Positions 45,320 through 54,937 of a stretch of DNA of 64,000 bases are shown here, piece by piece. Each line of letters opens with the position of its first letter. The stretch's first letter is position 1. Under the pieces are notes generated by a model. The model made no database searches. It saw only the letters and a list, made by a program, of their open reading frames with translations, and had not been told where the DNA came from. Location: positions 32,001 through 96,000 of IMG/VR virus record IMGVR_UViG_3300044904_000056; one strand, written 5' to 3'. Origin of the DNA: a virus. Made by a program: the position numbers and the translations under genes.

Positions 45320-45901
45320 TTATGAAATCGGTGCTACGAATACATCGAACTGTCCGAGCTGTTGGCCCGGATTCTTGGTGATGTCATGTTTGAACTCGAA
45401 CACCGCATCAATGATTGACTCCCTCTGCTCTGGAAAGGGCAGCCGGAGGTCAAGCGGGGGATACACAACCCATCCGAGGATTTGGATGTATCCACCCTCT
45501 GGGGTTGGATGTTCAAACTTCATGTTGGAGAAGGGCATGTGCGCGTTGCCACCGAACTGCTGGCTGTAGAGAGTCCCTCCACCGGAAGGAGTCCCAACGA
45601 CAGAGGCAGCACCGCCTGCAAAGTTGCGGAAATATAGCGCTGCACTTGTAGGCGCAATTTCCAACAACGGGACCGTCACATTGCAACGTTCCTCCAGGGT
45701 GAATCTCCGGAGAAGGATGATGGGGTTTCCACCAACCACGTCATATGGACGGAGGTTGTAATTGAAGGAAGCATCTCCCTTGATCTGACCCAGATTCACA
45801 TAGGTTGGACCGTAGTAGATGATTCCGTTGCCCAGCAATATATTTCGCTGGTCTTGTAGCTGTAACAGACCTGAACTTTGTACACCAGGAGGCAAACTCA
45901 T
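45320..45901 (-). CDS. major tail (tube) protein
   Basis: NILLGNG..NLGQIKG..VPLLE pattern; position. Confidence 0.75.
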   Translation of the reverse strand: MSLPPGVQSSGLLQLQDQRNILLGNGIIYYGPTYVNLGQIKGDASFNYNLRPYDVVGGNPIILLRRFTLEERCNVTVPLLEIAPTSAALYFRNFAGGAASVVGTPSGGGTLYSQQFGGNAHMPFSNMKFEHPTPEGGYIQILGWVVYPPLDLRLPFPEQRESIIDAVFEFKHDITKNPGQQLGQFDVFVAPIS

Positions 45902-45921
45902 TTACTTGTTACTCCTTTCAA

Positions 45922-46416
45922 TCAATACCAGCCTACGTTGCTCAACGCTTCTACACGATATGCAACGCTGACGTGGTAAACTTTGTTGGTCGGCTCGAAC
46001 AACATTGGGCTACGTTCTATTTCGTAGCAGCGCTGAATCCGGACTCCTTGCCCACTCCAATTCGTATTTTGCAGACACCGGCTCAGGTACTCATACAGGA
46101 TACCCATAAACTTCCGCTCGTCAACGTTTGGTCCGGGATTAGTACACGGTGCCCAAGGTTCTACGTGGAGGGTAAGGTGTCGGAAGACATTGACCAGCCC
46201 TTCCTGCGCCCCTTCTGCATAGACGAATATGCCGGGCAGAGTTGCATTAGCCCCGTAATCCTGGTATTGCCCTACTACTGCATTCGGAACTTGGGTGCTG
46301 CCGCTAACAAGTGGGTCTGAAATCAGGGGGAACTTTTTTGCCACCCCCGCAGGAAGAGCAGGGAACATGTAAGTTCTCAGCTGCTTCACGGCCAATCTGG
46401 CTACCAGTTCTGACAC
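45922..46416 (-). CDS. tail terminator-like protein
   Basis: Position; C-terminal YHVSVAYRV. Confidence 0.6.
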   Translation of the reverse strand: MSELVARLAVKQLRTYMFPALPAGVAKKFPLISDPLVSGSTQVPNAVVGQYQDYGANATLPGIFVYAEGAQEGLVNVFRHLTLHVEPWAPCTNPGPNVDERKFMGILYEYLSRCLQNTNWSGQGVRIQRCYEIERSPMLFEPTNKVYHVSVAYRVEALSNVGWY

Positions 46417-46854
46417 TTAGTTCTCACCCAAAGCTGCATCTTCAACCTGTTCAAAGTCATTCCCCAAAGTTGGCATAGGAGGGTCTTTCACAGTAACCCA
46501 ACAGCCCTCTCCATTCACCGCGGCTTCAATTAGCGGGAAGATGTACTCAAACTCATCCCGTGTTCCAAAAATCTCGTCATCTTTCAGGTCCTGCGTCTCT
46601 CCTGTAAGTATGCAGCCGTTGCTGTTCTTTGGGAAGCTGCCCCAGTGCATCAGGATGTACTGCCGCGTAGGAATCTGAATCCAGGGCATCAGCCTACCAA
46701 AATGGGGAGAATCGTAGAGCTTTACTTGGAACCGGCCTGTAGGGATTGCTACATCAGTGCGCTCTAGCGTCCAGCCGATATGCTGCGAACCGTTGAGGAG
46801 TTCTCCAGGGATTCCCTCAGCGTCTTTTCGTTCACGTTGTACGAAGAGTTCCAT
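46417..46854 (-). CDS. DUF5675-family protein (candidate cell-wall enzyme)
   Basis: TLE..AIPTG..SPHFG..ILMHWG..NSNGCILTG. Confidence 0.8.
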   Translation of the reverse strand: MELFVQRERKDAEGIPGELLNGSQHIGWTLERTDVAIPTGRFQVKLYDSPHFGRLMPWIQIPTRQYILMHWGSFPKNSNGCILTGETQDLKDDEIFGTRDEFEYIFPLIEAAVNGEGCWVTVKDPPMPTLGNDFEQVEDAALGEN

Positions 46855-46882
46855 AGGTGAGAACTTATTGTCTCACCTAAAG

Positions 46883-47377
46883 TTACTTGTTTCTGATGAC
46901 AGAGGAAATTCGATGTTCGACTTTTTTCAAGCGGGAAATTATCGGTTCCCAGAAGCGCTCTTTGATCTCTTCATAGGCTTTCTGATGGAACCTTCTGGGC
47001 CTCATTGTTTTCGTACCGTAGAGGAGAAAGGGAGTTTCAGGAGCAGAGCTTGTAATGAAGACTTCAAACCGGCTGCGGGTTATCTGTTCTGGGGGATTGG
47101 ATTGAATCCCTCTCTTCAGGACTCCCTCTTGAATATGAACCATCCTATCATCGTGAGGGAAGTCCTCAGGCTTGCCTCTCGCATAGGGGTAGCCTAATTC
47201 ACGGAGGTCCTTCAAGTCGTGGTCTGTCAAGCTGATATTCTTGATGACCTGCTTCTTGTAGTTGGAGGTTACGTCCCTCAGCCCATCGAGAATAGCAGCC
47301 TGTACCTTTTCTGAGACAGAGCCAGAGGATATGATTAGCTGAAAGCCAGCGCCTTGAACTTTTCGGTCCTTTGCCAT
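46883..47377 (-). CDS. neck / tail completion protein (HK97 gp10-like)
   Basis: G.LKRGI..YGTKTMRPRRF. Confidence 0.7.
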   Translation of the reverse strand: MAKDRKVQGAGFQLIISSGSVSEKVQAAILDGLRDVTSNYKKQVIKNISLTDHDLKDLRELGYPYARGKPEDFPHDDRMVHIQEGVLKRGIQSNPPEQITRSRFEVFITSSAPETPFLLYGTKTMRPRRFHQKAYEEIKERFWEPIISRLKKVEHRISSVIRNK

Positions 47378-47859
47378 TATTGCGGTCCTGGGGTAGTCCC
47401 AAGACCAGAACGCTGGGCACGGCGCAGAACAGAATTGTACCAGACCTGTTTCGTCTTCGTACCAAACTGAATCGGGTCTAGCTGGTCTGCAACAACCCAG
47501 ATTTTGCCGTTCCAGACGATTTCATCCCCAGCATACTCGGGTAGGACAGTCCCATCAGGGAGGGTATATGCAGCTGAGCAGCCTTGAAGAATAAAAGTCG
47601 AGCTGACATTCAAATCACCCGTTGTAAAATACCCACCCTTGACCGTATCGAAGACCTTAACCTGGCTAAGCCACACTGTATCGTTGCGGGAGGAGAATTT
47701 TGCTTCCCGGTAGGTCTCATTATCGTTAGAAAGATTGCCGGCTACAACCCAGCCTTGAAACTTTCTGACAAGAACGCGGCGGTTGCTATATCCTCGGGTT
47801 GAGAGCCAGGAATCTTTTGCGTTGAGGTAATCTTGCAAATTCCACAGATTGGTCGCCAT
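47377..47859 (-). CDS. head closure protein
   Basis: GDEIVWNGKIWVV; position. Confidence 0.6.
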   Translation of the reverse strand: MATNLWNLQDYLNAKDSWLSTRGYSNRRVLVRKFQGWVVAGNLSNDNETYREAKFSSRNDTVWLSQVKVFDTVKGGYFTTGDLNVSSTFILQGCSAAYTLPDGTVLPEYAGDEIVWNGKIWVVADQLDPIQFGTKTKQVWYNSVLRRAQRSGLGTTPGPQ

Positions 47860-47865
47860 AATTCC

Positions 47866-48594
47866 TCAACGCTGCGGCGTCACAGGGGGGAGCACAAACC
47901 CAGTGAAGGAAGTAGCAGGTTTGTAAGCTCTGCCTTGACTTTTGTAGTAGTCATCCCTTGCATTCAATCCGCTCTTCTCAAGCTTTACAGCGCGCTTATC
48001 GAAAGCCTCCGCCATCTGGGACGGACTGAAACTCTGATCCCCTGCTGAAATATCGTAACGGGTAGCAAATCTCTGCGCGAGAGCCTCTGCTGCCATTGAA
48101 GCAGCAAGCTGGGTAATCGCATCAAATAGCCCGTCAGGAATATCAGCTGGTGCTGTTCCCCCAGTTGGCAATTGGAAGCTACCTGAAATGGTAGAGGCCC
48201 CAACATAGTAGAGAGTAAAGCTAATCTTGTTCGCAGCAGAGCAGAGATAGCGGTCCCATTCAAGGTCGTCAAACCAGGTGTAGTTGAAATCCACCGCAAG
48301 CGAATCTTCCTCAAGAGGAGCAGTCGCAAATATGATCTGTCCATTCTTGGGGTTTGGTACGGTGTAGCCTACGTTGAAAGTCAGAGGGGAGCCATCAACG
48401 TAAGCCTTCGGAAAGATTGTCGGGCTGGACGCAGGATAGATTACCAGCCGCCCACCAACAATGCTGAATATCGTGTTCGTGCCGTCCTGGTTGCCCTGGA
48501 GGTCTGTAAACTGAGAGACAAATTTGGAATCGTACCAATCGTCAATCAGCCTCCGGGCCGCATCGATTCCATTTTGCTGGTTGTATTGTGGCAC
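47866..48594 (-). CDS. head-tail adaptor protein
   Basis: ARRLIDD..FDDLE..LAASMAAEALA..ISAGD pattern; position. Confidence 0.6.
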   Translation of the reverse strand: MPQYNQQNGIDAARRLIDDWYDSKFVSQFTDLQGNQDGTNTIFSIVGGRLVIYPASSPTIFPKAYVDGSPLTFNVGYTVPNPKNGQIIFATAPLEEDSLAVDFNYTWFDDLEWDRYLCSAANKISFTLYYVGASTISGSFQLPTGGTAPADIPDGLFDAITQLAASMAAEALAQRFATRYDISAGDQSFSPSQMAEAFDKRAVKLEKSGLNARDDYYKSQGRAYKPATSFTGFVLPPVTPQR

Positions 48595-49032
48595 TTAGGA
48601 AACCTGTTTCTTTCTCTTCCCAACCAGAGAGATTCCCACGATTTTCAGAATTTCCGCAAGCACAAGAACCCCAACACCGATTACAATACCACGGATCATC
48701 AGCTGATTCTCATTGCTGATAGTTTCCAGCCTCGTTAGGCGCTCAATATTTGTTGCTCTGTCTGTTGATTCTTGGACCTCAAGCCTGTCTAGACGAGTTT
48801 GGAGAGCCTTCATTTCCTGCTCTGCTACAGTTAGCCTCTTGTCTGTGTCAAACTGCAGCCGCTGAACATCTTGAAAATCGGAGTGGGGGACGCGCTGCGA
48901 CAAAACGACGTGCGAGGACATTGCCAATAACGCGAAGAACATCAAGGCCAAAATAGTCCTTCGCGCAACATTACCTGCGGTAGTCAATTCTGTCACCTCT
49001 CCTGGAGGATAGAAGCCCATTAACCCTCTCAC
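48595..49032 (-). CDS. membrane protein with coiled coil (holin/lysis candidate)
   Basis: N- and C-terminal hydrophobic helices flanking a coiled coil; basic C-tail. Confidence 0.55.
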   Translation of the reverse strand: MRGLMGFYPPGEVTELTTAGNVARRTILALMFFALLAMSSHVVLSQRVPHSDFQDVQRLQFDTDKRLTVAEQEMKALQTRLDRLEVQESTDRATNIERLTRLETISNENQLMIRGIVIGVGVLVLAEILKIVGISLVGKRKKQVS

Positions 49033-49038
49033 CTAAAT

Positions 49039-49752
49039 TTACTTTTCCAGGAGGCTGATAACTTTGTCAGCAACGACCTTCGGATTGTGCTTTACGTCCC
49101 GTTCCTTGAAGTGGACAACCCGGTAGCCGAGCTTTCGGAGATCACGGTCTCTTTTACGGTCTCTAGCTTTGTTTCGATGCCAATAGGAACCATCTACTTC
49201 AATTAGCAACTTAGATTTTGGGATCAAAAAATCAGGAAAATATGGCCCAACCCAAACTTGAAATCTGTACTTGATTTTGAGCCCTTTCAGAATCTCTATC
49301 ATTCGCTGTTCGAGGCCATTCGGATGTTTTGATACACTAGAAAATACCTTTGGAAGAAACTTCCTTCTTGCAGCTATCATCTTTTCACTACGTTTCAATC
49401 CTCTGCTTATTGCTCGCCCCCAAGCTTTTGAATGTTTTCTTCCCTTACGGGTCTTACTCATCTTCTCTTTTGTTTCTTGGGTACAGACCTGGCCCATATG
49501 CGCCAGGCTAAGATTTTCACAATGTTTTTTAGAAAGCTTCTTGCCTTTATTCCACGCTTTAATTTTTCCTTGTCTCTTAAGCTTGCGAAATGTAGCTCTC
49601 AACTTCTTTGTCATTTTTGCAATTTTAGGGTCAGTTTCAGCAGTTTTTCCTTTGTTCCAGGGAGGGAAATCGTTACCATTCTCCCTTCGAACAGCCCAAC
49701 CCTTGATAGCATACAAACTTCTCTGATCCGAAGACCAATCTTCAAAAGACAT
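49039..49752 (-). CDS. NUMOD3 + DUF559/Vsr-like endonuclease
   Basis: PWNKGK, ETKEKMS repeats; YFPDF..IEVDGSYWH..DRKRD..GYRVVHF. Confidence 0.85.
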   Translation of the reverse strand: MSFEDWSSDQRSLYAIKGWAVRRENGNDFPPWNKGKTAETDPKIAKMTKKLRATFRKLKRQGKIKAWNKGKKLSKKHCENLSLAHMGQVCTQETKEKMSKTRKGRKHSKAWGRAISRGLKRSEKMIAARRKFLPKVFSSVSKHPNGLEQRMIEILKGLKIKYRFQVWVGPYFPDFLIPKSKLLIEVDGSYWHRNKARDRKRDRDLRKLGYRVVHFKERDVKHNPKVVADKVISLLEK

Positions 49753-49755
49753 ATC

Positions 49756-50907
49756 TTAGCTCAGGATTTCCATAATTTTTGAAGCAACTACTCGGGGGCT
49801 CAACTGTTCTAAACAAGGAGAAAATTTCGACCCGTTTATAGATTTGCATTGGCAAGTATCTATAAAACATGCGCTTGTGCAGCACTCCTTGCCGTCTGGT
49901 AGAAGCCCTTTCACTGATTCAACCCGGAGTCCGTGAGCGCTGGGAAAGTGCCACAAAAACGGCTGCGGCTCATGGGGGCCATACGTAACCACACAGGGTT
50001 TCCCTCTTGCTGCACGAGGGTACAGAAGCCCCGTGTCTGAACTGCAGTGCAAATCAGCTTCGATGATGACGGCTGCTGAATGGCGTATCCTGAAGACTCC
50101 CGAACAATCTTCAACATTCGCACCCCGCCAAGGCTCTCTCCGGTTTGAATCAAGGATAAGCCATAGGTAGTTTTTCGGGCATAGGCGGATGACTTCCTTC
50201 CAATGTGGGTAGTTTTTGTATGGAGTGCTCGCATACGGGAGCAGGGTAATAACCTTACGCCCTTTGTCCTTGAGGGGCTTGAGGAACTTCCGCGCTGTTT
50301 CCATCTCGTGCTCAAACGGATAGTAATAAATCGTGTTCTTTTCAGGAGGTGGGTCAATGAACGCGTGCATGCAGTACATATCCAGCGCAATCATCCGGTA
50401 GCGGGAAATGACAGAGGTAGAAGCCTGATTCACAAAGTCCAGCTCGTCTGTAGTCAGGGATTTCGGGTCCTTCGCTAGAAGGCTGACAAGAAATTCGTTG
50501 AGATGGGGCTTCGTGCGAAGGTGGATTTTGTAGTTGTACCCCCCCTTCAAGGGGACATCGTAGTCGAGCCAGCACCAGTCTTCCTTGAAGGTGTCACCGA
50601 TTTCTTCCATACTGCTATACTCCATATAGTGATAGACCTTTTCGATATCAGGATTATTCTCTAGGATTTCAGGGCAAGTGCAAATGTAATGAATCTTACA
50701 AGTAGGGAATTTCTTCTTAATTTCATGTACGGCTGCTGTTGAATACAGGATGTCCCCAATTCCCCACGTGTGCTTGATAACAAGTCGCCTTCCGGACAGA
50801 TTAGTTTCCCTACGAAGAGGTTCCCTCCTGCGCAATCGCTCTTGATATTCCTCCCAGGAAAATTCCTTCACGCGCTGCCCATATTCATTAATCAGAATGC
50901 GTGGCAT
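49756..50907 (-). CDS. GT9-like glycosyltransferase
   Basis: GIGDIL, LENNPDI, KNYPHW, SSDTG..GKPCVVTYGP, C-terminal Cys cluster. Confidence 0.85.
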   Translation of the reverse strand: MPRILINEYGQRVKEFSWEEYQERLRRREPLRRETNLSGRRLVIKHTWGIGDILYSTAAVHEIKKKFPTCKIHYICTCPEILENNPDIEKVYHYMEYSSMEEIGDTFKEDWCWLDYDVPLKGGYNYKIHLRTKPHLNEFLVSLLAKDPKSLTTDELDFVNQASTSVISRYRMIALDMYCMHAFIDPPPEKNTIYYYPFEHEMETARKFLKPLKDKGRKVITLLPYASTPYKNYPHWKEVIRLCPKNYLWLILDSNRREPWRGANVEDCSGVFRIRHSAAVIIEADLHCSSDTGLLYPRAARGKPCVVTYGPHEPQPFLWHFPSAHGLRVESVKGLLPDGKECCTSACFIDTCQCKSINGSKFSPCLEQLSPRVVASKIMEILS

Positions 50908-51376
50908 GTATAGTAGTCCTTCCTTTCTTCACATTTTTCCAACGAATTGATTGTGCTTTTCTCATCTTGCAGCGTGCTGTCTTGGTGTGTTTATGGCCTA
51001 GGAAATTCTGGTTGCCTTTCATTCCTTCGCTTAACCTGCGCCGATGATCCTCGGTGAATTTGTACCCGAGACAATTATGGTTACCTTTCAGGGCCCTACT
51101 CTTGGCTTCGCTGTTTGTCAGCCTTCTCGGGAACCTAGCAATTCTAGGAATCCCTAGATAGTGAATAGCCCTTTGCAACAATTCAAGACTATCACAAAAG
51201 GAACCAAGCCCCATATTACATCTGATACAAAGAACTCCTCTAAATGCTCCTGTTCTATGGTTATGGTCTAGCTGAGGCCGGTCTGGGGGCTTATCCCCAC
51301 AGACAGCACAGCAGCCTTCTTGAAGTTTTAGAAAATCCTTTTTCAACTCTTGGTTTTGATTAGAGTTGTATGCCAT
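50888..51376 (-). CDS. endonuclease VII-type homing endonuclease + NUMOD3, with RFPR
   Basis: QEGCCAVC..LDHNHRTG..RGVLCIRCNMGLG. Confidence 0.88.
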   Translation of the reverse strand: MAYNSNQNQELKKDFLKLQEGCCAVCGDKPPDRPQLDHNHRTGAFRGVLCIRCNMGLGSFCDSLELLQRAIHYLGIPRIARFPRRLTNSEAKSRALKGNHNCLGYKFTEDHRRRLSEGMKGNQNFLGHKHTKTARCKMRKAQSIRWKNVKKGRTTIHATHSD

Positions 51377-52277
51377 TACTCTCTCCTCCTTTCCATTTTC
51401 TTTTCCTCAGTCTGTATTGAAATTGCAACAACCCTGGACCCTTGACAAAATCTTTTGCTGAATCTTCAGGAATGTCAAAATTGAGATGTACAGTCCGTCC
51501 AATATCCCGGTTAACAGGGTCAACGAATGTGTAACGCATACGGTCCAATTTCGACGGGAACCACATTGTGTTCGGCGTGTTTACAACATCCGCCAAAAAT
51601 CCGATACCTGAGGGAAACGAAAATAGGTAGTCCAGCTCTCGGATAACTTCAATCGTCCCGCCTATCTCCAGCTTCCCCACCAAGTCAAGAGAGTTGTAGC
51701 CGTTCTCTTGTAGCCATTTGTGGACGTATTCCGAAATGGCAAGATCATATTCAGCCCCAATGAATATAAAGTATGTCTCCTTCGGGAGTTCCTCGGCTAC
51801 GGATTTGAGGAAGTCCCGCCACATTTCCCAGTCCCAGAACCCCCAATGCCGGGAGTTCCCATATGCTGAAGTGTAGACACCTACTTTAGGGGCATCTCCA
51901 ATAGGGGATAGGAGCAAACTAGCGTGTACTTTGTCCACAGCCAGAATTTTGAAATCATAGTGGAATGTAGTCCCTCCAGGAATCCAATCTTCAACCCTGT
52001 TCCCTTCTTCAAGATGCTGGTTAATGGAGAGAAAATAATCGCCGTCAGGAATCTCTCTAAGGTCTGTTCCCGAGGGAAGAGTATTCACTACTGATGCCAT
52101 CGTACCATGTGCAGAATAGCCCCCATTTTTCACCTTTGGGAGGAGGTCTAGAAAAGGGCTTAGGCGTTGAGGACCATCGAGGGAGGAACGGATTGTGATG
52201 TCCCGCCCAACATTGCACAATTTTGCATACATGGCAGAAAAATCGCCAATGCCTGGGGGAACGTAGAAGACCAACAT
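51360..52277 (-). CDS. GT9-like glycosyltransferase
   Basis: PPGIGDF, FIGAEYD, DLVGK, PSGIG. Confidence 0.75.
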   Translation of the reverse strand: MLVFYVPPGIGDFSAMYAKLCNVGRDITIRSSLDGPQRLSPFLDLLPKVKNGGYSAHGTMASVVNTLPSGTDLREIPDGDYFLSINQHLEEGNRVEDWIPGGTTFHYDFKILAVDKVHASLLLSPIGDAPKVGVYTSAYGNSRHWGFWDWEMWRDFLKSVAEELPKETYFIFIGAEYDLAISEYVHKWLQENGYNSLDLVGKLEIGGTIEVIRELDYLFSFPSGIGFLADVVNTPNTMWFPSKLDRMRYTFVDPVNRDIGRTVHLNFDIPEDSAKDFVKGPGLLQFQYRLRKRKWKGGESNGIQL

Positions 52278-52991
52278 TCAGTTTCTCCCCTTACGCAAAA
52301 TCCGCCGCTTCATACGAGCTTTACTAATTTTGCGACGGGTTTCAGCAGAGCGAACAGCACCAAGCGCATACTTGTTGCCTTTTGCGGCTTCACTTCTCTT
52401 GCGGCGGGTTTCAGCAGAGAGATTTTCTCGTTTACTAGCTTCGCTTATCTTGCGGCGAGTCTCCTTGGAGAACTTTCTGCCTTTTTGGGCCTCTCTAATC
52501 TTTCTGAGACCTTCTTCAGTGTGCTTGTAGCCAAGCGAATTCTTGTTCCCTTTTTGGGATTTGCTCATCTTGAGGCGGGTTTCTTTAGAAGCTCTTTTAC
52601 CTTTGTTTGCCTCACTCAACTTACGGCGGTGCTCTTTAGATTTTTTCTTGCCTTTCATTGTTTCGCTGAGCTTGTGTCGTGTTTCAGGAGAAGGGTTGCA
52701 AAGACCCCTCCCACCAGCTGTGAGATTGTATCCGTAGCGAGGACTGTTAGACTTGTACATTTGAATATATAGCGTTTCTCGTTGATTCAATTCCTCTTCT
52801 GTAACAGCGTCAGGATAGAGAACCCAAACATCAAATTTTTCAGGACCGTGTTTCTGAATTGCGCTGTATAGATATGGAGCGTTGCCATGCCCCAATATGT
52901 GCTGTTTCCAGCGCCCATCCACAGTCTGCATAGTCTTTCCGATGTAGACCTTGTTATTGATGCGGTTGCGAATTTGGTAGATGGTGTTCAT
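52278..52991 (-). CDS. GIY-YIG homing endonuclease with NUMOD3 repeats
   Basis: TIYQIRN..VYIG..RWKQH..GYNLTAGG; multiple S.ETRRK(I/M)S repeats. Confidence 0.92.
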   Translation of the reverse strand: MNTIYQIRNRINNKVYIGKTMQTVDGRWKQHILGHGNAPYLYSAIQKHGPEKFDVWVLYPDAVTEEELNQRETLYIQMYKSNSPRYGYNLTAGGRGLCNPSPETRHKLSETMKGKKKSKEHRRKLSEANKGKRASKETRLKMSKSQKGNKNSLGYKHTEEGLRKIREAQKGRKFSKETRRKISEASKRENLSAETRRKRSEAAKGNKYALGAVRSAETRRKISKARMKRRILRKGRN

Positions 52992-52994
52992 ATT

Positions 52995-53960
52995 CTACCA
53001 CTTTCTATCTGTTATCTCTTTGCAAATATATTCTACGTGGTGCCTACCGTATATCAATGGAAGGTGTCGCCCAGACGCTAGCATCTTAGGATTTACCCAG
53101 GCACTCGACATCGCCTCCTCGAAAGAAATATAACATTCTGGATTCAGGGAATCTCCTTTTGCCCTCCAGAAAATACCAGTTGGGATTCCCAAATAACTTG
53201 CAAAAATACCTATCCCCGATTGATAAGAAATCGTAAAGCGTGCACGTTTGATGATAGCATAAGTCCCACCAATCCCTAATTTTCCGATAAGGTTAATCCA
53301 GTGCTTCTGGGGGAACTTCTTGACTTCGGGGGCTACATAGTAGTCATAGTACATACTGTCGTAATCTGCTCCAAGGACTACAACTCGCAATCCTAGCTTC
53401 TCTTGGCAGTACTGTCCTAGTCTTGCCCAATCCTCCCCAGACCAGATTGCTCCGCGGTTGTGCCCCTCACCGAAATTCCCAGCCAGAGGACCAGGATAGA
53501 AAGTACAGTACGGCCCAGCAGATTGATAAAGGTCATCGGCAAACAGTTCCTCCTCTTCTTCAAACCGAAACTCCTTAGCAGCATCCCAGTTGATAGGGTA
53601 TTCAGGAAGCCAGTCTTCCAGCCGGATTCCTCTCTCCAAAGGAGCATTTGGCATCATAACGAAATATCTTTCCCCACAGTAATCCATCCAACCGTCAGGA
53701 AGGTAGATGTACCGCCCTTCTGAATCCACCCGTTCGTCAGGAGGATGGATATCAACTATGAGCATAGCAGCAGAGTCAACAAAAGAAAATCTCTGGACGA
53801 AGCCTAAGGCCCGGACCTGGATATGGTCGGGACCAGAGCAGTTCAAAGACACGTCAATCCTATCTGCATCGTAATGCTTCGCAACAGATTGTATCTTATG
53901 GAGAGCCCAAACTGAATCTCCGATACCCTGTGGGAGTAGAAAGTTCACATCTTCCTCCAA
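52995..53960 (-). CDS. GT9-like glycosyltransferase
   Basis: PQGIGDS, VLGADYD, NLIGK, QSGIG; paralog of 51360-52277. Confidence 0.75.
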   Translation of the reverse strand: MEEDVNFLLPQGIGDSVWALHKIQSVAKHYDADRIDVSLNCSGPDHIQVRALGFVQRFSFVDSAAMLIVDIHPPDERVDSEGRYIYLPDGWMDYCGERYFVMMPNAPLERGIRLEDWLPEYPINWDAAKEFRFEEEEELFADDLYQSAGPYCTFYPGPLAGNFGEGHNRGAIWSGEDWARLGQYCQEKLGLRVVVLGADYDSMYYDYYVAPEVKKFPQKHWINLIGKLGIGGTYAIIKRARFTISYQSGIGIFASYLGIPTGIFWRAKGDSLNPECYISFEEAMSSAWVNPKMLASGRHLPLIYGRHHVEYICKEITDRKW

Positions 53961-54937
53961 GAGTCTGGCAATTCCTTCTCAATCTCGATGTTCTCAAAAG
54001 GCTTCCCCTGTCGAATGCCCACTTCTTTTACCCATTGAGCCATCCGCCGCAGCCCTTCTGACAAAGAGACAGTTGAATCTGAGCCTAGAACTGTTCTGCA
54101 CTTCGTATTATCGCAGAAAGCATGCAGCACTTCCTTACGAGCCGGCAGATGAATTGCTCCAGTTTTTCTCCCCATAGCTGCCTGCACGTTATGGAGAAGA
54201 TTGTTCACTGTATAGGGGATGTCAGCACCAATATTGAAAACGTGATTGTATGCATCCGACCAGAACGGCGCTTTAGCAATCACCGGAACTACATCCGCAA
54301 TATGGGTGAAAGCCCTTGTCTGTTCCCCGTTTCCAAAGATTGTACAAGGCTTCCCTTGAAGAATCTGGTTCATGAAAATGCCAACCACGTTCCGGTAGGG
54401 GTCTCCGATATTCTGTCGTTCACCATAGACATTGTGGGGGCGGAAGATGATGTAGTTGAGGCCGAACATCTTGTGGGCTGCTTCAAGGTCAAGCTCTACA
54501 GCATATTTTGAGATTCCATACGGGTCCTCAGGCCGGGGAATCATATCCTCTTGCATAGGAACCTGCCCCGCTCCATACACCGCAATACTGGAAGTAAACA
54601 CGAAACATTTGACGTTGTGACGGATAGCAGCATTGATAAGGTTCACAGAGCCTAGAAGGTTGTTCGTGTAGTTGAATCCCCGGATGAAATGACTAAGCCC
54701 TTCAGCAGCATAAGCCGCAATGTGGAAGACGTACTCAAAATTGCTGGCTGTAAAGATGTGGTCAACTAACACAGAATCGGTAATCGAGCCGGGAAAGAAA
54801 CGTGCGTATGGATTGATATTTTCTGCGAAGCCTCCGGAAAGATCATCCAACACTCCCACCTCGTACCCTGATTTGAGTAAGCAGTCAACTACGTGGCTCC
54901 CAATGAATCCTGCACCACCTGTTACGAGAATTCTCAT
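53945..54937 (-). CDS. NAD-dependent nucleotide-sugar epimerase/dehydratase
   Basis: VTGGAGFIG, TSSIAVYG, YGISK, NVYG. Confidence 0.93.
   Translation of the reverse strand: MRILVTGGAGFIGSHVVDCLLKSGYEVGVLDDLSGGFAENINPYARFFPGSITDSVLVDHIFTASNFEYVFHIAAYAAEGLSHFIRGFNYTNNLLGSVNLINAAIRHNVKCFVFTSSIAVYGAGQVPMQEDMIPRPEDPYGISKYAVELDLEAAHKMFGLNYIIFRPHNVYGERQNIGDPYRNVVGIFMNQILQGKPCTIFGNGEQTRAFTHIADVVPVIAKAPFWSDAYNHVFNIGADIPYTVNNLLHNVQAAMGRKTGAIHLPARKEVLHAFCDNTKCRTVLGSDSTVSLSEGLRRMAQWVKEVGIRQGKPFENIEIEKELPDSWRKM

Noticed and set aside
846-51376. RFPR as a DNA repeat or operator
   Set aside because: Underlying codons vary at all synonymous positions, so it is a protein-level motif.
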